Shown: in pieces, positions 40,411 to 47,921 of the stretch | Position numbering within the stretch: position 1 is the first letter of the stretch | How the letters are laid out: every line of letters begins with the position of its first letter | Source: Promethearchaeota archaeon | Lineage (GTDB): Archaea > Asgardarchaeota > Thorarchaeia > Thorarchaeales > Thorarchaeaceae | Direction of reading: 5' to 3' | Assembly (NCBI GenBank): GCA_014728035.1 | Contig: WJMJ01000128.1 | Coordinates: forward strand, 16,139-80,138 | DNA: 64,000 bases | Notes under the pieces: model-generated | Seen by the model: the letters and a program-made list of their open reading frames with translations, nothing else | Database searches by the model: none | What the model was told of the DNA's origin: nothing | Translations under genes and position numbers: made by a program

Positions 40411-41063
40411 GTTGAATCATTTTCCTGCCATTGTTGTGCGATCTTAAGTATAACTTTTCCAAGTGCTGTGATTCGAGTTATTCTTCGTCTGCCATGTTTC
40501 TGGACTTCAACATAACCAGCATCTCTCAAATCCCGAACATGCTCAGAGATGGATGATGCTTCCAAGTCTGTGCGAGAGCCTAACTCTTTATTTGACGTGA
40601 TTTGCTCATTCGGCTTAGAAAGAATTTGCTTAAGAATATTCTTTTTTGGTTTAGTCAACATCTGCCGTTTCTTTGGAAATAGATCAACTAGATGATATTG
40701 AGAATCAGCAGGCTTTCCCAATACTGTCAAATGTAAGATGCTCTCAGAATATTGAGCAGCCATACAAAAAGCTGTAACCATTATCTGATTGCTAGAACAT
40801 GGTGCAAAGTGAACTTCTGATTCCCGATACAGATATGCAATATCTAGTAAGGTAGATAGTATATCGTGATAGTCAACCGGTTGAACTTGATACGAGTCTG
40901 TATCAACAAGTTTTCTGAAATCATTTTTGATTTGCAAAACATATTCTCTAAGCTCAGCAGAATGAACGAATACAACAATACTACATTTACGTTGTAAAAG
41001 TATGCATTGAACCGCTTCAAAATTCCCTGTGTCCACAGACACAACTTGAACAATTTTTCTCAA
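40377..41063 (-). CDS. CARF-like (Csa3/DUF6293-type) + ArsR-type wHTH regulator
   Basis: Rossmann-like N-terminus (VQVVSVD...VVFVH...VDYHDIL...VHFAPCSS..MVTA); wHTH NKELGSRTDLEASSISEHVRDLRDAGYV...RITALG. Confidence 0.68.
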   Translation of the reverse strand: MRKIVQVVSVDTGNFEAVQCILLQRKCSIVVFVHSAELREYVLQIKNDFRKLVDTDSYQVQPVDYHDILSTLLDIAYLYRESEVHFAPCSSNQIMVTAFCMAAQYSESILHLTVLGKPADSQYHLVDLFPKKRQMLTKPKKNILKQILSKPNEQITSNKELGSRTDLEASSISEHVRDLRDAGYVEVQKHGRRRITRITALGKVILKIAQQWQENDSTWDTTRIQQTC

Positions 41064-41246
41064 ACTCCACCCACCAACACTTCGGTGTTATTTCCGAACT
41101 TGGCATACTAATCCGAATTTCGTTACCCGGATCGAAAATCGGACCTACTGTTTCCTTGCTGTTTGAGAGATGCTATTCCTTGATAATAATGATATCAAGG
41201 TTTGACCCAAAGGGTCCAGAAGATCCCCCCTGGTAATCTAATGCAA

Positions 41247-41283
41247 ACGTGAACAATAATTGTTCACGTATCTCTCTTTTTTT
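41247..41283 (+). promoter_or_regulatory. Perfect 11-bp inverted repeat followed by a T-tract (operator or terminator)
   Basis: ACGTGAACAAT-A-ATTGTTCACGT (41247-41269), then TCTCTCTTTTTTT. Confidence 0.55.
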
Positions 41284-41715
41284 GTGGTGGCAAGTATTAA
41301 TATATTGAGTACAGGTAATAAATTCTCAACTCGGATATTCTGAGCTGAATTTACAAATAAAAATACAGAAGTTCCAAAAACTCATTTTCTGGAAACAATA
41401 TCATAGTGTTTTGAAATTCTAGTTTATAGATGTTACCGGAATTCAATCGAAGATCCTTTTCATCAGATTCCGACGAGAAAATAATAGGTCTAGAGCGCCT
41501 CTAGAGCCGTTTTAGGCGATTGATGGTGGACACTTTTTCACTTATATTAGAAATTACCATACTTAATGTGTAATTATCGGTGTTTCTAATCGATATATGG
41601 AGTCGTAACGAAAATTTTGTGTAATCGTGGGGGGGCCTTTTCCTCCAAGATTCTTTAGATGATTTTTGTGATATAGAGAACAATAATACAAGAAAGAAGA
41701 TACCAAGCACTCTTA

Positions 41716-42303
41716 TTATTTCAGAGCATCCACTTCCGCAGCTGATTGAATCCAAAAACCAACTCGAACCAATACCTCTTCTAGGAAGCGAGGCATGTTA
41801 TCAGGCTTGGCATCTTCTGGAAAACGGTAGCTCCGATACTCGTTGAATTTTTTAAACGTTTTACCATATTTGGTATCCAAAGGTAATTTTACCTTCTTGT
41901 CGCATACCACTGCTAAAGCACGAATTAGAGTTATGTAATCGAAATCCAAGGCAAGAAGCCATTTTCGCAAGATTGGATAGTACTTTGTTTGATCAATCTT
42001 ATCCCAAGGTAAGGACTTGAGTTCTTCTCGGTTTTTTGTCATTACTCGTTCCGAGTTAAAACTGCATTTCTTATCATAGGGGCATCTCGCTCGTGCATAC
42101 ACCTGCTTATTTGCAATCCATACTACAATTTCATGGACCGCCTTTGTTTGTAATTTCTCTTTGTGTTTATCTGCTGGTAAAATCATCTCAATAACACGCG
42201 AGTCTTTGAATGGAGCGCCTTTTTTGAAATACAGACTAAGAGCCCATGCGAGTGCAGGCAAAGTATTAACTGGATAGTATTCATCAGGATCTGGCATTGT
42301 CAT
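41716..42303 (-). CDS. Hypothetical protein
   Basis: 195-aa basic ORF with no recognised domain; co-oriented with the Rab gene. Confidence 0.75.
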   Translation of the reverse strand: MTMPDPDEYYPVNTLPALAWALSLYFKKGAPFKDSRVIEMILPADKHKEKLQTKAVHEIVVWIANKQVYARARCPYDKKCSFNSERVMTKNREELKSLPWDKIDQTKYYPILRKWLLALDFDYITLIRALAVVCDKKVKLPLDTKYGKTFKKFNEYRSYRFPEDAKPDNMPRFLEEVLVRVGFWIQSAAEVDALK

Positions 42304-42474
42304 TCCAGACCATACAAAACTCCTTGATATGATTTAGGGTGTTTGACAGTCCCTGAAAACTTGGACAACGGAAGGTTCCTACTGCAAGGAAAAATGTATG
42401 TTTTCAAAATGGAATGACGATTCTTAGCACACTGCTCTGAGTAGTGTGTTACAAATAAGACAAAGGAAATATAT

Positions 42475-43098
42475 TCACTCTTTCTGACGTTCTTCAACAA
42501 GCGTCTTTGCTAATTGTTCAAAGATGTCAACAATTCCTTGTCCTGTCTTCGCACTTGACTCAACATAAGGCATGTCATGACGTTCTGCGAATTCTTTGCC
42601 CTCTGCAGGGTCTACAACACGATCTGGTAGGTCTGTTTTATTAGCAACAAGAACTAAAGGTATTTTCTTTCCTAGTGCTTTCTCTAATTCATTCAGCCAT
42701 TCTTCAAGAACGATAAACGTTCTTCGTCGACTAACATCATAGACGAGAATTCCACCACTAGACCCACGATAGTACATTGGACGTAGAATCTGAAAACGAG
42801 ACTGGCCAGCAACATCCCAAATTTGAAGTTTTACTGTTAGAGGATCACCACTACGGGAAGGGATCTCAAGGTTCTTCACGGCAAATTGAGAGCCGATTGT
42901 TGTCTTGTAATCTGTACGGAAAAATCCATGAGAGAAGCGTGTAACAATAGCAGTCTTACCTACTGCTCCTTCCCCTAGCACAACCACCTTAAACAGGAAA
43001 TCATAGCTACTACTCACGTGAACGCCTCGTTTGATTTTATAGGGAGTGGTCGAATCGAAATTCGACAATAACTTGTCCAAATCGTCAAGAAATGGCAA
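42475..43098 (-). CDS. Rab-like small GTPase
   Basis: GEGAVGKT, TTIGSQF, KLQIWDVAGQ, YYRGS, LVYDVS, NKTD, SSAK; no C-terminal Cys. Confidence 0.93.
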   Translation of the reverse strand: MPFLDDLDKLLSNFDSTTPYKIKRGVHVSSSYDFLFKVVVLGEGAVGKTAIVTRFSHGFFRTDYKTTIGSQFAVKNLEIPSRSGDPLTVKLQIWDVAGQSRFQILRPMYYRGSSGGILVYDVSRRRTFIVLEEWLNELEKALGKKIPLVLVANKTDLPDRVVDPAEGKEFAERHDMPYVESSAKTGQGIVDIFEQLAKTLVEERQKE

Positions 43099-43149
43099 GT
43101 GTTCTCTAGCGATTTTAAGAGGGATAGCATCTAATAAGCTTTCGCGAGC

Positions 43150-43959
43150 TTAATACATCCCACCAGGAAATCTTTCGGATTCAATTAATTCTAGGAAGTC
43201 AGCCAGAATATCATTGAACTGGTTAGGTTGTTCGACCATGGGATTGTGGTCAGACTTTCTAACTATTGCAATTTCAGCGTTTGGAAACAGTATTTCGTAT
43301 TCCTGGACTTCATCAACAGGCATAATGTTGTCCTCATCACCACAGACAACAAGAATTGGAACTCCAATTTCAGGTAGACGGTCTGTGACATCAAAAACAT
43401 CGCAGGCTTTCAAGTCCCGAGACATCATCTTGGGCCGTTTTTCCTTATACTCCCCTTCAAGTGAACGAATTTCATACTCACGAGATTTGTGCTTGGACAA
43501 TCGGCCCCGTAGAAGGTTGAAAGTGTCTTCAATCGCTTCAATCACTAGTCCAATTGCCAAGTTTCGAATTTTCAAGTCTGGACGTGTACTCACAAGAACC
43601 ATGGCGGTCGGTTGAAAAAGATCTTTCTGAAGCCCATATGACATGACAACCCCACCACCCATACTGTGACCAACAAGCACATACTTGTCAAGACCAACAT
43701 AATCAACTAAAGCTGCAACCTCTCGTGCGTATTCATCAATATCCGCAGGAGAATCATTATCATCTGAAAGCCCATGATTGGTCAGGTCGATTGCGATTAC
43801 TCTATGCTTTTCTGCGAACTTTTCAATCTGGATGGACCAGATAACGTGGTACGAACCTGCACCATGAACTAATACAAGAGGAATACCTTTGGTCTTATCT
43901 TCTCGTTCATCTACATCCAAATAATGTATCTTGAGTCCATTATACTCGAAGTATGGCAT
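43150..43959 (-). CDS. Alpha/beta hydrolase
   Basis: LVHGAG, GHSMGG nucleophile elbow, GDED, catalytic His in SDHNP; start MPYFEY at 43959. Confidence 0.92.
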   Translation of the reverse strand: MPYFEYNGLKIHYLDVDEREDKTKGIPLVLVHGAGSYHVIWSIQIEKFAEKHRVIAIDLTNHGLSDDNDSPADIDEYAREVAALVDYVGLDKYVLVGHSMGGGVVMSYGLQKDLFQPTAMVLVSTRPDLKIRNLAIGLVIEAIEDTFNLLRGRLSKHKSREYEIRSLEGEYKEKRPKMMSRDLKACDVFDVTDRLPEIGVPILVVCGDEDNIMPVDEVQEYEILFPNAEIAIVRKSDHNPMVEQPNQFNDILADFLELIESERFPGGMY

Positions 43960-44053
43960 ACAGACACCTCGAAAAGAAAATGAACGAGTCCATATAGAGA
44001 TATTTTGCGTATCAGTAGATAGCTTTTTACAGAGAATTTTTGGATAGCACATA

Positions 44054-45436
44054 GTGACCATAATGACAAAGCTGTTTGGTACTACTGGAGTTAGAAAAAT
44101 TTACGGAACTGAATTTGATGTTGAGATGGCCTTGAAGTTGGGAAAGTCTCTAGGTACGTATCTCAAGGAGGGTACTGTCCTGATAGCACGAGATGCTAGA
44201 ACTACCGGACTTATGATTGCTGATGCCCTTTCTGCGGGATTATTGTCAACCGGAGTAAATGTAGTACGTGGTGGAATCATTCCAACGCCAACGTTGGCAT
44301 TGATGACTAGAGAGCTCGGATATGATGCAGGTTTGATGGTCACAGCATCACATAATCCACCAGAATACACTGGAGTGAAGTTCTGGGGAGCAGACAGTAT
44401 GGGACTTACACAAGATGTTGAGTCTAAATTGGAAGAGATCTTTCATTCAGAACAGTACCAAGTTGCCACGTGGAAAAAGCTTGGAAATGAGTCAAGTAAT
44501 GGTACATTGGTAGCAAGTCATATTGAAAGATTGCTTGAAAGGTGTGATGTTGATAAAATACGTTCAAAGAAATACAAAGTAATTGTTGACCCAGGCAATG
44601 GAGCTGCCTGTGTACTTACTCCATATCTTATGCAAGAATTGGGATGCAAGGTAGTCACTGTAAACGGTCAACTGGATGGACATTTTCCAGGTAGAAAATC
44701 AGAACCTGAAAAAGAGTCCCTAACAGACTTAATTCGGCTGATTGAAAATACTGGGGCAGACTTGGGAATTGCACATGATGGGGATTCGGACCGGGTTGTA
44801 TTTGTGACCGAAACAGGGGAAGTAATTCGTGGTGATCGGACAATTGCTTTTCTGGCACAAGAGTATCTCAAGACTACCGCTAGCAAGACCATTGTTACAA
44901 CAGTAGATAGCTCACAGGTTCTAGATGAAACCGTTAAGAAAGCAGGTGGCGAAACTATCCGTACTCCGGTCGGAGATATTCAAGTTGCAATAAAGATTCG
45001 AGATGAAGATGCAGCAATGGGAGGAGAGGCATGTGGTGTATTTATCTTCCCGGAATTTCATTTGGCACCTGAGCCATTTTTGGCAGCTTGTAAGATTCTT
45101 GAAATCATGGCGAAGACAGACAAATCCTTTGGGAGTCTAATTACAAATATTCCGATTTATCCTCTTCAGAAATCAAAAGTCCCCTGTGCTAACGAATTGA
45201 AACCTAAAGCAATGGAAAAGCTATCAGATGTGCTTCCCAAAGCCATGGGAGATGTCGTTGAAGTCTTAACTGTTGACGGTCTGGGAGTGTTTCTTAAGAA
45301 AGGCTGGGTTCTTGTACGTCCATCAGGAACAGAACCAATCATTCGTATAACCTGTGAAGCTCCAGAAGAGGAAATAACTCAGAATATCCTCAAACAAGCA
45401 AAATCGATCGTAGAGGAAACAATGGAAACTCTTTGA
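44054..45436 (+). CDS. glmM: Phosphoglucosamine mutase / phosphohexomutase
   Basis: LFGTTGVR, TASHNP, DGDSDR, GGEACG, VRPSGTEP; substrate specificity (GlmM versus PMM/PGM) not resolved. Confidence 0.8.
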   Translation: MTIMTKLFGTTGVRKIYGTEFDVEMALKLGKSLGTYLKEGTVLIARDARTTGLMIADALSAGLLSTGVNVVRGGIIPTPTLALMTRELGYDAGLMVTASHNPPEYTGVKFWGADSMGLTQDVESKLEEIFHSEQYQVATWKKLGNESSNGTLVASHIERLLERCDVDKIRSKKYKVIVDPGNGAACVLTPYLMQELGCKVVTVNGQLDGHFPGRKSEPEKESLTDLIRLIENTGADLGIAHDGDSDRVVFVTETGEVIRGDRTIAFLAQEYLKTTASKTIVTTVDSSQVLDETVKKAGGETIRTPVGDIQVAIKIRDEDAAMGGEACGVFIFPEFHLAPEPFLAACKILEIMAKTDKSFGSLITNIPIYPLQKSKVPCANELKPKAMEKLSDVLPKAMGDVVEVLTVDGLGVFLKKGWVLVRPSGTEPIIRITCEAPEEEITQNILKQAKSIVEETMETL

Positions 45437-45567
45437 GGTGGATTCCAAAAAATATGATTCTGATTTGCGGAATAACAAAGTCTATCAAATAGAACACACA
45501 TAAGCAAACAAGGTTTATAGCACAATTAAATAAAATCAGATATGATTACTTAAAGGTCTGAATAGCC

Positions 45568-45963
45568 ATGGGCGACGACGAAGATTTCATTATGGAAGAA
45601 TTTGAATGGGCTCTTAAGGACCCGACCGAAGAAAAACTACGCGAACTTGGAGAAGTAGTTAGCACAATAACAAAGAAATTGATTGAATTCATTGAATCAC
45701 TCCAATCTGAAGTCGCCGGATTAAGGTCGGAAGTTGGAGGGCTCGAATCAAAAATTGGCTCTCTCGAATCTAAGATGGCCTCTGGTTCTTTCACACCCTC
45801 ATCATCAGCACCATCTTCAGCAGCTGATGCTGCTCCTGCAATGGCAAAGGCACCCACAGCGAGAGCACCCCCACCTAAATCTAGCGCTGGGGGCGGCGGT
45901 GGAATGATGGGCGAACTCAAAGCTCTTCTAGCAGCTCGAAGAAAGAAAGCAGAGGGCAGCTAG
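45568..45963 (+). CDS. Coiled-coil, Pro/Ala-rich protein with C-terminal VASP-FAB/WH2-like motif
   Basis: Heptads LQSEVAG-LRSEVGG-LESKIGS-LESKMAS; APPP; GGGGGMMGELKALLAARRKKAE; TATA-like TTTATA upstream at ~45514. Confidence 0.8.
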   Translation: MGDDEDFIMEEFEWALKDPTEEKLRELGEVVSTITKKLIEFIESLQSEVAGLRSEVGGLESKIGSLESKMASGSFTPSSSAPSSAADAAPAMAKAPTARAPPPKSSAGGGGGMMGELKALLAARRKKAEGS

Positions 45964-45967
45964 TTAC

Positions 45968-46681
45968 TCAGAGCAGTGTTTTGACACTGTTTTCAGGATA
46001 GAATGGTCCTGCATGTTCTGGTAAAGAGATTGTAAAAGCTTCTGCACGTTTTACATCAGCTTGTACGCCCCGTAGACGAGTTCGAGCATCATACAGTTTC
46101 TCATAGAAATCATTAGCTTTTGATATCTGTGATTTGTGCTGCTTCAATGCCCGAAGTGCAGTAGAGTAGGATTCTGAAATATCTACTTGGATGTGAGGGT
46201 GAGAATGTAAAGAGTTGATCTCCATATGATAGATCCTTTCTACACGATGGGCGTTATCAAAAATCGTAATATGAGATGCCCACTCAACTGCTTGTTGTAC
46301 TATTTGGACGCAAATCTGGTGATTTCTGTTATAATCATCTTCAGAATGTGTGATAATGATAGTTGGACGTGACTTGAGAATTGTAGCCACTACCTCGTGG
46401 ACCATACTCATGTCTATATCAAAATCATCCCGTTCACTAAGATAGAGATTTCGCACACCAAGAACTGTACACGCCTTTTTCAGTTCCTCATTTCGTTCGT
46501 CATTACCAGTCATACAATGAACATCAACTGGAATGCCATTTCTCACATGTTGATGAATCGTTCCTCCAGCACCTAAAGATTCATCATCAGGATGAGCAAC
46601 AATAACGAGTAGAGAAGGAGATTTACCAGACATAATGAGTGCTTTTCTTTTCTTCAATATCAACATTGTGAAAGAAAGCAA
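45968..46681 (-). CDS. bshB1: PIG-L family deacetylase, BshB1-like
   Basis: AHPDDE, RNEE, VDIS...HKSQ, AEAF; divergent from bshA; real start probably MSGKS (~46633). Confidence 0.75.
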   Translation of the reverse strand: MLSFTMLILKKRKALIMSGKSPSLLVIVAHPDDESLGAGGTIHQHVRNGIPVDVHCMTGNDERNEELKKACTVLGVRNLYLSERDDFDIDMSMVHEVVATILKSRPTIIITHSEDDYNRNHQICVQIVQQAVEWASHITIFDNAHRVERIYHMEINSLHSHPHIQVDISESYSTALRALKQHKSQISKANDFYEKLYDARTRLRGVQADVKRAEAFTISLPEHAGPFYPENSVKTLL

Positions 46682-46734
46682 TATGCTCCTACCACTGTTC
46701 TTAAAGGTGGGCTAAATTAGTTAGTAACAAAAAG

Positions 46735-47907
46735 GTGAACTACTTGAAAATAGGAGTGAATATGTATCCCTCCGTCGGAGGTTCTGGATACCTTGCTACA
46801 AGATTGAGCCAAAATCTTGCACATCGAAATCACATAATCCACTTTATCACCTATGAACGTCCATTCTCTTTGATGTGGGAACAACCAAAAGGGATTCACG
46901 TCGATCTTGTTGATAGATTTGATTATCCATTATTCAAAGCAGTTGGTCCCCCATATTCAATGGCTCTTACGTCAAAAATACTAAAGGTTGTCAAAGAGGC
47001 GAAATTGGACCTTATTCACGCACATTACGCAATTCCACACGCAATGTCTGCTTATATGGCACGAGAAATCTCTGGCATACCATATGTAGTTACATTACAT
47101 GGCTCTGATGTACACACTCTTGGTCTTGATCCAGCATACAAACCAGTAGTTCAATATACTGTCCAGAAAGCTAATGCGGTTACTGCAGTTTCTGAATTTT
47201 TAAAGGAAAAGGCAGTAAACGAACTGGGAATAGAACGTAAGATACATGTCATTCCAAACTTCATTGATGTAGAAGAATTTCAACCAGCCAATGATTGCAG
47301 ATTGGTAGTTGAAAGCGGATGTGTTTCTTTACGACAGGTTGAGGATCCGGAGGCAATCCATCCAGAGGAAAAGGTTCTCTTGCATGCATCAAACTTCAGG
47401 TCGGTAAAACGAGTTGTGGATATAATAGAAATCATGAGGATTGTTGTCGATCATCAACCTGAAACACGATTGATAATCGCTGGAGACGGGCCGACTCGAA
47501 TAGAGGTGGAGAGGAAAATCGAGGCATTGGATTTGTGTAATCATGTTCACCTCTTAGGAGTCAAGAGTAATATCCAAGAGATTATGTGTTCGGCAGATTT
47601 GTTCATACTGAATTCCACACTGGAAGGAATGCCATTAGTACTCTTGGAATCCATGGCTTGCCAATTGCCCATTGTTACAACTCCAGCAGGAGGAATTCCT
47701 GAACTCGTTCGACCGGGACTGGATGGAGTGGTTACAAAAGGATTTGAGCAAGAAGAATTTGCAGAAGCTATCATTGATTTATTAGTTGATGACAAAAAGA
47801 GAAAAAGATTTGCAGTGGCTGGAAGAAAGCGAGTTGAAGAATCATTTTCTGCAAAGGCAATTGTACCAAAATACGAAAAGGTCTTTGAAGAAGTTGTCGG
47901 AAAATAG
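46735..47907 (+). CDS. bshA: N-acetyl-alpha-D-glucosaminyl L-malate synthase (GT4)
   Basis: YPSVGGSG, PYSMALTSK, HAHYAIPH, TLHGSD, HASNFRSVKRV are BshA hallmarks. Confidence 0.9.
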   Translation: MNYLKIGVNMYPSVGGSGYLATRLSQNLAHRNHIIHFITYERPFSLMWEQPKGIHVDLVDRFDYPLFKAVGPPYSMALTSKILKVVKEAKLDLIHAHYAIPHAMSAYMAREISGIPYVVTLHGSDVHTLGLDPAYKPVVQYTVQKANAVTAVSEFLKEKAVNELGIERKIHVIPNFIDVEEFQPANDCRLVVESGCVSLRQVEDPEAIHPEEKVLLHASNFRSVKRVVDIIEIMRIVVDHQPETRLIIAGDGPTRIEVERKIEALDLCNHVHLLGVKSNIQEIMCSADLFILNSTLEGMPLVLLESMACQLPIVTTPAGGIPELVRPGLDGVVTKGFEQEEFAEAIIDLLVDDKKRKRFAVAGRKRVEESFSAKAIVPKYEKVFEEVVGK

Positions 47908-47921
47908 GATGTCATTATTGT

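Noticed and set aside
40377-41063. CRISPR-associated Csa3 implying a CRISPR locus
   Set aside because: No cas genes or array nearby; treated as a stand-alone CARF-like regulator.
41501-41755. 84-aa minus ORF (and 42300..42500)
   Set aside because: Overlaps real genes and has no motif or SD; probably spurious.
45546-45920. Minus-strand ORF starting MSSPIIPPPPPA (polyproline)
   Set aside because: It is the antisense of the Gly-rich codons of the plus-strand VASP-like gene, which has the promoter and coherent domain structure.
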